Positions 56,723-64,000 of a stretch of DNA of 64,000 nt are shown piece after piece. Under the pieces are notes generated by a model. That model saw only the letters and a program-made list of their open reading frames with translations. It was not told the DNA's origin and ran no database searches. Source of the stretch: Anaerovoracaceae bacterium (GTDB lineage Bacteria > Bacillota > Clostridia > Peptostreptococcales > Anaerovoracaceae); the NCBI GenBank assembly GCA_031553035.1, contig JAVBLY010000008.1:134858-198857 (forward strand), read 5' to 3'. How positions within the stretch are numbered: the first letter of the stretch is position 1; each line of letters opens with the position of its first letter. The position numbers and the translations under genes are program-made.

Positions 56723-58372
56723 GTGCTTAAAACTAAGCTTTCAAATGAAAAAACCAAGGTTGAACTGGGACTGAGATACGTCATCGGACGGATCGACGTT
56801 CTTACTCCTTTTGGGAAAAAAATCATAAAAAAGCTGAAGCCGAATTTTCCGGGCAGTGAAGGACGCCTTGTAAAAGAACTGGATAAGCTTGAGGTTATCA
56901 GAAAGATAATAGACGATTATGAAGATACTTTAAGCAAGATCTCCGGTATATTCATGCAGATCAAGGACAACAGCTTCACCCTGGAAAGAAGTGCTTTTGA
57001 CGTACTTACCGTTGTCGAGCTGTTTGAAATAAAGACATTTTTGCTCCAGCTTGAGACTTTGAGCGGTCTTTATGCTAAACTGGGCAGCGATTTTCCTGAT
57101 GAATATACACCGGCGGATACCAAGGAACTTCTGGATCTTATGGATCCGGAAGACAGCAGACTGGCTACATTCTATATCTATGACACATTTTCCCTGAAGC
57201 TTGCAGAGTACCGTAAGGAAAAAAGGCAGCTTGAAAAGAACCTTAAAAGGGAACAGAAGCTGATCAAGGACAGAATTTATGAAGAGCACGGACTTCAACT
57301 CAGTCCGAAATTCGACATAATAATATCCAGATCCGATGCCGAATCCCTGGAAAAGATAAAAAGCATCCCTGAACTTGTAATGGGTACCGAAGATTATATA
57401 TCGGTCATATTTGCTCTTGAGAAGACTGAAGAACAGCTCAAGATCAAGGAACAGATCGAAGATCTCAACACGAAAATTGATGAGGAAGAATATATAGTAA
57501 GAAAAATGCTCACCGATAAAGTGTTTGAGAACAGAAAGACCATAACCAGAAACACCAAAAAAATAGGCGATCTGGACTTTGTAATCGCCAAAGCCAAATT
57601 TGCCAGAAAGCACAACTGTATAAAACCGAATATCGTGCTGAACCACATTATAGATATAAAAGAGGGCAGATACCTGCCTGTGGAAGACGCTCTTGAAGAA
57701 AAGGGCAAGCATTACCTCCCGATCACAATAGGATTGAATGACGGTGTAACATGCATAACCGGTGCGAACATGGGGGGGAAAACCGTTTCCATGAAGCTGG
57801 TGGGACTGCATGCTATGCTGTCACAATACGGATTTTTTGTACCTTGTAAAGAATGCACGGTAGGTCTGTCCTCTTTTATTCATATACTTGTAGGTGATAG
57901 TCAGGACATACAGAGAGGGCTTTCAAGCTTCGGCTCCGAAATGGAAGAACTGGCCCAGATCCTGGATAACGGCAAGGATAGATCTATGATACTGATCGAC
58001 GAGATAGCAAGTTCCACAAATCCGTTCGAAGGTTTTGCCCTGACTAAATCCCTTGTGGAATACCTGAGGGAAAGGCCGTATATCAGCCTCATCACCACTC
58101 ATTATGAGAATGTAAGCACTTCGGAGAATATAAAAAGTCTTCAGGTGAGAGGTCTTGCGGATGCCGATTTTGAGAAGCTTTCTAAAGAGCTGACCGGCGC
58201 AAAAGACAATGAGCGAATTGACGTAATAGCAAATTACATGGACTATAATCTTGTAGATTCAAACGAGGGCAAAAATGTGCCCAAGGAAGCACTTAATATA
58301 GCATATGTGCTTGGAGTGAAGAAAGAAATAATAGACAATGCCAAGCAGATGATAACAAGTGAATTATTTTAA
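56723..58372 (+). CDS. MutS-domain-V ATPase-like protein (no mismatch-binding or Smr domain)
   Basis: GTG start after GAGGAG. Shows ITGANMGGKTVSMK (Walker A), SSFGSEMEE, ILIDEIASSTNPFEG (Walker B), and LITTHY. Confidence 0.75.
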   Translation: MLKTKLSNEKTKVELGLRYVIGRIDVLTPFGKKIIKKLKPNFPGSEGRLVKELDKLEVIRKIIDDYEDTLSKISGIFMQIKDNSFTLERSAFDVLTVVELFEIKTFLLQLETLSGLYAKLGSDFPDEYTPADTKELLDLMDPEDSRLATFYIYDTFSLKLAEYRKEKRQLEKNLKREQKLIKDRIYEEHGLQLSPKFDIIISRSDAESLEKIKSIPELVMGTEDYISVIFALEKTEEQLKIKEQIEDLNTKIDEEEYIVRKMLTDKVFENRKTITRNTKKIGDLDFVIAKAKFARKHNCIKPNIVLNHIIDIKEGRYLPVEDALEEKGKHYLPITIGLNDGVTCITGANMGGKTVSMKLVGLHAMLSQYGFFVPCKECTVGLSSFIHILVGDSQDIQRGLSSFGSEMEELAQILDNGKDRSMILIDEIASSTNPFEGFALTKSLVEYLRERPYISLITTHYENVSTSENIKSLQVRGLADADFEKLSKELTGAKDNERIDVIANYMDYNLVDSNEGKNVPKEALNIAYVLGVKKEIIDNAKQMITSELF

Positions 58373-58387
58373 GAAAGGATGCAAACT

Positions 58388-59941
58388 ATGAGCAAATTGA
58401 ATCTTGATCCGAAAATCATTGACGGTGCCCGTAGCTGCGCGGCAAGAATAGCCGAAGATGTTCAGCAGTTTATCGAAAAGCATACTACGGTAAGCACGGA
58501 AAGAACTGTTGCAAGACTTCTCGGTATCGACGGGACAGATGATGTGGGGACACCTCTTCCGAATATTCTGATCGAACAGATAAAGGATGCCGGCGGCCTG
58601 GCAAGAGGCTGTGCATATTGGATCGGCAATGCAATGATCGAAACCGGGCTGAGCCCACAGGAAATAGCACAGAAAGTAAGCGACGGAGAAATAGAGATCA
58701 CTAAGCTTGCTGCATCTTCTGCTGAAGACACGGAGGCAAAAATATATCCGGCAGTGGAAGCAGCACTTGCAAAAATAAAAGAACAGAGAGAATTCAGAGA
58801 AGATACAATAGATAGAATAGGTGAGGGACGACAGCCTTACCTGTATGTAATAGTTGCCACCGGCAACATTTATGAAGACGTTGTTCAGGCACAGGCCGCC
58901 GTAAGGCAGGGTGCCGACGTAGTAGCTGTCATAAGGACCACTGCTCAAAGCCTGCTGGATTATGTTCCATACGGACCTACCACAGAAGGCTTCGGCGGAA
59001 CATATGCCACTCAGGAGAATTTCAAGATCATGAGGGAAGCTCTGGACGAAGTAGGTGAAGAAGTGGGCAGATACATAAGACTCTGTAACTATTCATCAGG
59101 CATGTGCATGGCGGAGATCGCCGCTATGGGAGCCCTTGAGAGACTTGATATGATGCTCAATGATGCTCTTTACGGCATACTCTTTAGAGATATCAATATG
59201 CAGAGAACTCTCGTCGACCAGTATTTCTCAAGAGTCATAATCGGGTATTCAGGAATCACCTTCAATTCAGGTGAGGATAATTATCTTACAACATCTGATG
59301 CATTTGAAGAAGCACACACAGTACTGGCTTCACAGTTTTTGAATGAGCAATTCGCGGTGCTCGCAAATATTCCCGAAGACCAGATGGGCCTCGGACACGC
59401 ATTCGAGATGGATCCGGCTCTTGAAGACGGATTCCTTTATGAGGTTTCACAGGCAATAATGGCAAGGGAAATTTTCCCTGAAGCTTCGCTTAAATACATG
59501 CCGCCCACAAAGTTCATGACAGGTAATATTTTTAAGGGACAGATTCAGGATGCTCTGTTCAACCTGGTTTCGGTCTGGTCAGGACAAAGTATTCAGCTTC
59601 TTGGTATGCTTACGGAAGCCATACATACACCTTTCATGCAGGACAGATATCTTTCACTTGAAAATGCCGGCTATATTTTCAACAACGCGAGACATCTCGG
59701 CGACGAGATCGAATTCAAGAAAGACGGTATCATTCAGAATAGAGCCGTATCCGTACTTGATGAAGCAGACAAGATGCTCCATCAGATCGAAAAGGATACG
59801 CTGTTTACAACTATAGAACAGGGTAAGTTCGGCGGTGTCAAAAGGGCACGTGACGGCGGAAAAGGACTGGATGGTGTCATAGTCAAAGATGACAGATATT
59901 TCAATCCGTTTATTTCTGCAATGATGGGAGGTGACAAATAA
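58388..59941 (+). CDS. kamD: lysine 5,6-aminomutase alpha subunit
   Basis: LNLDPKIIDGARSCAARIAEDVQQFI...TVSTERTVARLLGIDG. About 517 aa, immediately followed by the B12-binding subunit. Confidence 0.9.
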   Translation: MSKLNLDPKIIDGARSCAARIAEDVQQFIEKHTTVSTERTVARLLGIDGTDDVGTPLPNILIEQIKDAGGLARGCAYWIGNAMIETGLSPQEIAQKVSDGEIEITKLAASSAEDTEAKIYPAVEAALAKIKEQREFREDTIDRIGEGRQPYLYVIVATGNIYEDVVQAQAAVRQGADVVAVIRTTAQSLLDYVPYGPTTEGFGGTYATQENFKIMREALDEVGEEVGRYIRLCNYSSGMCMAEIAAMGALERLDMMLNDALYGILFRDINMQRTLVDQYFSRVIIGYSGITFNSGEDNYLTTSDAFEEAHTVLASQFLNEQFAVLANIPEDQMGLGHAFEMDPALEDGFLYEVSQAIMAREIFPEASLKYMPPTKFMTGNIFKGQIQDALFNLVSVWSGQSIQLLGMLTEAIHTPFMQDRYLSLENAGYIFNNARHLGDEIEFKKDGIIQNRAVSVLDEADKMLHQIEKDTLFTTIEQGKFGGVKRARDGGKGLDGVIVKDDRYFNPFISAMMGGDK

Positions 59942-60714
59942 TGACTGCTGAAAAAAAGATAGCTACATCAAATGTAGATTTAAAGAAAGTAAAGCCATAC
60001 GGCGATACAATGAACGACGGCAAAACACAGCTCAGTTTCACCCTTCCTGTTCCTTATGGTCCAGAGGCCGATGAAGCGGCAAAACTTTTATGCAAAAAAA
60101 TGGGAATGGACGAACCGAACGTGGTTTATTCTAAAGATATGGGCGGCGGATTCACATTTTTCGTCGTATACGGAAGCTGTCAGCATACTATCGACTACAC
60201 AACAATAAAAGTAGCCAAGGTGGATGTTGAAATCATGGACAGGGAACAGTGCCAGGAATTCATCGAAGAGAACATCAAGCGTGAAGTCGTTATCGTAGGG
60301 GCTTCATCAGGTACTGATGCCCACACGGTAGGCATCGATGCGATAATGAACATGAAGGGCTTTCACGGTCACTTCGGCCTGGAAAGATTCAAGGGTATCG
60401 ATGCTCTGAATATGGGTTCTCAGGTTCCAAATGAAGAACTGGTCGCAAAGGCAATCGAAATGAATGGGGACGCAATAATCGTTTCACAAACTGTAACACA
60501 GAAAAATGTACACATACAGAACTTGACCAATCTTGTTGAGCTTGTGGAAGCGGAAGGCATAAGAGACAGAATAGTCCTCTGCTGCGGGGGACCCAGGATA
60601 TCACACGAACTGGCTCAGGAACTTGGCTATGATGCAGGGTTCGGACCACATACATATGCCGAACATGTAGCTTCGTTCGTACTGACGGAAATAATCAGAA
60701 GAAAGCTTGTTTAA
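59941..60714 (+). CDS. kamE: lysine 5,6-aminomutase beta subunit (cobalamin/PLP-binding)
   Basis: Start overlaps the kamD stop (TAATG). B12 motif SSGTDAHTVG (DxHxxG). Confidence 0.9.
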   Translation: MTAEKKIATSNVDLKKVKPYGDTMNDGKTQLSFTLPVPYGPEADEAAKLLCKKMGMDEPNVVYSKDMGGGFTFFVVYGSCQHTIDYTTIKVAKVDVEIMDREQCQEFIEENIKREVVIVGASSGTDAHTVGIDAIMNMKGFHGHFGLERFKGIDALNMGSQVPNEELVAKAIEMNGDAIIVSQTVTQKNVHIQNLTNLVELVEAEGIRDRIVLCCGGPRISHELAQELGYDAGFGPHTYAEHVASFVLTEIIRRKLV

Positions 60715-60739
60715 AAGGGCAGGTAAGGAGGAAGATGAA

Positions 60740-61420
60740 TTGATAGATAAAATCAAAACTGCCGAGGAGGCGATCGCAAATATCGAAGACGGCGCAAGCA
60801 TAATGATAGGAGGCTTCATGGCCTGCGGTTCGCCGGAGATCCTCATCGATGCACTGGTCAAAAAGAATGTAAAGAATCTGACCATAATTTGCAATGATGC
60901 GGGAGTGCCGGGAAGAGGAACAGGCAAACTTCTGTCCAACGGACAAATCAAAAAGCTCATTGCATCCCATGTGGGGCTGAATCCTGAGGTCGCAGAAAGG
61001 ATGAACACCGACGATCCTGAGAGGAAGCTGGAATGTCAGTTAATTCCTCAGGGCACACTTGCTGAAAGGATAAGAGCAGGCGGAAGCGGACTTGGCGGTT
61101 TTCTCACTCCGACAGGGGTAGGGACTATCGTCGCTGAAGGCAAGCAGGTAATAAACGTGGGCGGCAGGGATTATCTCCTTGAAGAGCCGCTTAAAGCCGA
61201 CTTTGCTTTTATCAGAGGATCAGTTACGGATAAATTCGGAAATACAACATATAACGGTACTACCAGAACATTCAATCCAATGATGGCGGCAGCTGCTGAT
61301 GAAGTCATCGTCGGTACATGTGAGGTCGTGGAAATGGGCGACATAGATCCCAATAATATCGTGACATCAGGAATATTCGTTGACAGCATAGTGGGAGGTG
61401 AGAAACAATGGCAGATATAA
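60740..61420 (+). CDS. atoD: 3-oxoacid CoA-transferase subunit A (acetoacetate:butyrate/acetate CoA-transferase)
   Basis: IMIGGFMACGSPEILIDAL and PQGTLAERIRAGGSGLGGFLTPTGVGT. Likely TTG start at 60740, seven nt after AAGGAGGA. Confidence 0.85.
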   Translation: MIDKIKTAEEAIANIEDGASIMIGGFMACGSPEILIDALVKKNVKNLTIICNDAGVPGRGTGKLLSNGQIKKLIASHVGLNPEVAERMNTDDPERKLECQLIPQGTLAERIRAGGSGLGGFLTPTGVGTIVAEGKQVINVGGRDYLLEEPLKADFAFIRGSVTDKFGNTTYNGTTRTFNPMMAAAADEVIVGTCEVVEMGDIDPNNIVTSGIFVDSIVGGEKQWQI

Positions 61421-62058
61421 AAGAAAGGATCGCCAAGAGAGTTGCATTAGAGCTTCATGACGGCGATGTTGTGAATCTTGGCATTGGTCTTCCCACAATG
61501 GTTGCAAATCATCTTCCCGAAGATGTACATATAATTCTCCAGTCCGAGAACGGCATAATGGGCATGGGCCCGGCACCTGAGGCAGGCAAAGAAGACGTTG
61601 ACATCGTCAATGCAGGAGCGCAATATGTGACCATCAACAAAGGTGCGATGTTCTTTGACAGCGCAACTTCATTTGGCATAATAAGAGGCGGTCATGTGGA
61701 TGCTACTATTCTGGGTTCCCTCGAAGTCGATGAGCACGGAAATCTTTCTAACTGGATCGTACCGGGAAAGATGGTTCCCGGTATGGGCGGAGCAATGGAT
61801 CTTGTGGTAGGGGCCAAAAAGGTCATAATAGCGATGCAGCATACTCAGAAGGGCAAACACAAAATATTAAAGGAATGTACACTTCCATATACCGCAGTAG
61901 GTGTTGTGGATATGATAGTCACTGAAATGGGCGTTATGGAAGTTACAGACAAGGGGATCGTCCTCACCGAGATCCACCCTGATTTCACAATAGAAGATGT
62001 CCAGGCGGCAACTGACTGCAAACTGATAATAGCCGAAGATCTGAAGGAAATGAAATAA
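61408..62058 (+). CDS. atoA: 3-oxoacid CoA-transferase subunit B
   Basis: VNLGIGLPT, SENGIMGMGP (catalytic Glu context), and GMGGAMDLV. Confidence 0.85.
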   Translation: MADIKERIAKRVALELHDGDVVNLGIGLPTMVANHLPEDVHIILQSENGIMGMGPAPEAGKEDVDIVNAGAQYVTINKGAMFFDSATSFGIIRGGHVDATILGSLEVDEHGNLSNWIVPGKMVPGMGGAMDLVVGAKKVIIAMQHTQKGKHKILKECTLPYTAVGVVDMIVTEMGVMEVTDKGIVLTEIHPDFTIEDVQAATDCKLIIAEDLKEMK

Positions 62059-62074
62059 AGGATGGGGTACTAAA

Positions 62075-62905
62075 ATGGAAAAACTAATTATCAGCGCCTG
62101 CATATGCGGCGCAGAGGTCACTAAAGAGAATAATCCCGCTGTTCCGTATACAGTTGAGGAAATAGTAAGAGAAGCCAAGTCCGCTTATGATGCAGGGGCG
62201 GCAGTCATACATCTCCATGTGAGAGAGGATGACGGTACTCCCACCCAAAGTAAGGACAGATTCCAGGAATGTATGGACGCGATCTACAAAGTATGTCCTG
62301 ACGTTATCATACAGCCTTCAACAGGCGGAGCCGTCGGCATGACCGATCTTGAGAGACTTCAGTCCACCGAAGTTACTCCCACACCTGAATTTGCAACTCT
62401 CGACTGCGGTACCGTAAATTTCGGCGGTGATGAGATCTTTGTCAACACCGACAATACCATATTCAATTTTGCAAAGATCATGCAGGAGAGAGGCATCAAG
62501 CCGGAGCTGGAAGTCTTTGATAAGGGAATGGTTGATATAGCTCTCAAGGTCGATAAAAAAGGTCTGCTTGAGCATCCGCTTCACTTCGACTTCGTCCTTG
62601 GAATCCAGATGACAGCAACTGTCAGAGATCTTGCTTTTATGGTGGGGAGTATTCCTCCCGGATCGACCTGGACAGTAGCAGGAATCGGCAAAAGTGAGTT
62701 TGATATGGCGGCGGCCGGTATAATAATGGGCGGACACGTCAGAGTCGGATTTGAAGACAATCTTTATATAGAAAAGGGTGTTCTTGCCAAGAGCAATGGC
62801 GAACTTGTTGCGAAAGTTGTTAAGATAGCAGAAGTATTAAACAGAGAAATCGCCAGCCCGGATGAGGCAAGAAAGATAATGAACATGCCGATCCAGAAAA
62901 AATAG
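62075..62905 (+). CDS. kce: 3-keto-5-aminohexanoate cleavage enzyme (BKACE/DUF849)
   Basis: KLIISACICGAEVTKENNPAVPYTVEEIVREAKSAYDAGAAVIHLHVREDDGTPT...IIQPSTGG. Confidence 0.9.
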   Translation: MEKLIISACICGAEVTKENNPAVPYTVEEIVREAKSAYDAGAAVIHLHVREDDGTPTQSKDRFQECMDAIYKVCPDVIIQPSTGGAVGMTDLERLQSTEVTPTPEFATLDCGTVNFGGDEIFVNTDNTIFNFAKIMQERGIKPELEVFDKGMVDIALKVDKKGLLEHPLHFDFVLGIQMTATVRDLAFMVGSIPPGSTWTVAGIGKSEFDMAAAGIIMGGHVRVGFEDNLYIEKGVLAKSNGELVAKVVKIAEVLNREIASPDEARKIMNMPIQKK

Positions 62906-62944
62906 TCTAAAGAATTTAAAATAAAAAATAGATTGAAATGCGAA

Positions 62945-62984
62945 AATACATAGGGTATTTGGTGGAATGCCCTGTGTATTTTTC
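62945..62984 (+). terminator. intrinsic terminator ending the lysine operon
   Basis: AATACATAGGGTA ... TGCCCTGTGTATT (13-bp stem, two G-U pairs) followed by TTTTTC. Confidence 0.7.
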
Positions 62985-63154
62985 ATTGACAGAATGTGAC
63001 TGACTGTTGAATTCCCAAAGTCATTTTTAGCAACTGTTCATGTCCTCCTTCATATTCGACGGATAATGAAATAAAAACAACTTCTTTTAAAAAAAATGAT
63101 GAACATCATGCTAAATAAAATTTTTTGGGTATAATGCGATTGTGGGAGAAAATT

Positions 63155-63898
63155 ATGCTTGATAATTATTCAAATGATAGCTTTAGCAGCTACTTAACTG
63201 AATATGGAAAAAGATTGATCGACCTGATTCCTGACAATAAATCCCAGAGGATTTTGGATATCGGCTGCGGATCCGGATTGCTGACGGAAATGTTGGCAGA
63301 AAAAAGCGGTTACGTTATGGGTATCGACAAATCACTTGAGGTTATCAATTACGCAAAGGAGAAACATCCGGATATAGACTTCAAGCTTTTTGATGCACTG
63401 GATATTTCTTATAACAGCGAATGGGATATAGTGTTTTCAAATGCAGTTTTTCACTGGATCGACGATCATAACACGCTTCTCAAAAAGGTCAAAAGATCAC
63501 TTAAGCAAACCGGACTGTTGATTTGTGATTTTGTTACTTCCGGAAATAATTCAGAATTCGAAAGCAGTTTCAAAAATGCTCTTAAAAGAAGAGGCCGGGA
63601 ATTTGACGGTAATTTAAATTTTACTTCTGAAAGAGAATTTGGAGAACTGTTGATCAAGAATGGATTCAATATAGATTATATATGTGAATATAATAAAATC
63701 ATCAGTCTTCCCAACGGAGAAAGAGGTCTTCGTGACTGGATCCTTAGTTTTTACAGTAATACGATATCCGAATTCAGTCTGTCTGAACGTAAAAATATTT
63801 TAAATGAAATCGAAGATGATTTGAAACAGCGACTGTGGAATGGCAAAGAATGGAGAACTGATCTAAAAAGGATCAGTGTTGTTGCATATACACTGTAA
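63155..63898 (+). CDS. class I SAM-dependent methyltransferase
   Basis: ILDIGCGSGLLTEML (motif I) and VFSNAVFHWI. TATAAT at about 63131 lies inside the longer track ORF, so the ATG at 63155 is preferred. Confidence 0.85.
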   Translation: MLDNYSNDSFSSYLTEYGKRLIDLIPDNKSQRILDIGCGSGLLTEMLAEKSGYVMGIDKSLEVINYAKEKHPDIDFKLFDALDISYNSEWDIVFSNAVFHWIDDHNTLLKKVKRSLKQTGLLICDFVTSGNNSEFESSFKNALKRRGREFDGNLNFTSEREFGELLIKNGFNIDYICEYNKIISLPNGERGLRDWILSFYSNTISEFSLSERKNILNEIEDDLKQRLWNGKEWRTDLKRISVVAYTL

Positions 63899-63913
63899 AC
63901 TTCATGCGATCAT

Positions 63914-64000
63914 TACTTCTGGCTGTAATCTTTAAGAAAATCAGTCATTTTATGTGAAATAGTTTGTAGTACTTCCACTTCCGGGAGATACACGATCCTG
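63914..64000 (-). CDS. 3' end of an unidentified gene entering from the right edge
   Basis: The reverse strand reads ...RIVYLPEVEVLQTISHKMTDFLKDYSQK then TAA at 63916-63914. Too short to identify. Confidence 0.3.

Noticed and set aside
56930-57811. 293-aa minus-strand ORF
   Set aside because: It is antisense to the MutS-like gene in an A/G-rich stretch. It has a phenylalanine/leucine-rich mirror composition and no motifs.
58364-58948. 194-aa minus-strand ORF
   Set aside because: It is antisense to the 5' part of kamD, which has a clear family match on the plus strand.
63027-63053. Minus-strand GGAGGA followed by tiny ORFs (MNSC / MKEDMNSC) between kce and the methyltransferase gene
   Set aside because: The RBS-to-ATG spacing is 1 nt for the 4-codon ORF, and there is no RBS for the 8-codon one. 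I see no promoter, so it is probably chance.
1-64000. Scan for rRNA, tRNA, CRISPR arrays, IS/transposase, integrase, phage or toxin-antitoxin/defence genes
   Set aside because: I recognised none. Every intergenic gap over 150 nt was read, and each contains only promoters, hairpins or the small ORFs reported above. A tRNAscan, Rfam or defence-finder run would be the decisive check.

Overview
The window looks like a low-GC Firmicutes/Clostridia-type amino-acid-fermenting anaerobe; this is an inference from gene content and synteny, and no taxon can be proven from sequence alone. It is densely coding. I saw no rRNA, tRNA, CRISPR array, IS element or prophage.

Layout:
- (a) 1-9.9 kb holds accessory metabolism: an EamA transporter, PadR plus two DUF1048 genes, a class III aminotransferase plus two SDRs, PAP2, MFS, ornithine carbamoyltransferase plus carbamate kinase, and a truncated flavodoxin-fold gene.
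- (b) 10.2-13.5 kb holds two tandem paralogous ECF sigma / membrane anti-sigma-like modules.
- (c) 13.7-21.4 kb holds a Gram-positive Tad/Flp pilus locus: CpaE-like, CpaF, TadB, TadC, TadE/TadG-like proteins and a Flp pilin gene that the ORF track missed.
- (d) 23.5-50.4 kb is the conserved translation/isoprenoid block. Its order is rpsB-tsf-pyrH-frr-uppS-cdsA-dxr-rseP-ispG ... rimP-nusA-rnpM-infB-rbfA-nrnA-truB-ribF ... rpsO-pnp-M16-dut-dGTPase. It has two insertions: an orphan type IV pilin-like gene, and aroC plus an amidohydrolase lipoprotein plus AraC.
- (e) 50.4-62.9 kb holds a complete lysine-fermentation gene set: kal, kdd, kamA, kamD, kamE, CoA-transferase A/B and kce.

The most interesting signals are all in (e):
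- A sigma-54 enhancer-binding protein has a sensor region that is a full-length copy of the adjacent Kdd dehydrogenase with a degenerate Rossmann motif.
- Two near-consensus -24/-12 promoters face opposite directions and share GAACC-N6-GGTTC sites, one of which sits in a 32-bp perfect palindrome.
- A P-loop protein and a MutS-domain-V ATPase lie between kamA and kamD; I propose them as a B12-aminomutase reactivase or chaperone.

All functional calls come from reading motifs in the supplied translations by eye. No database search was run.
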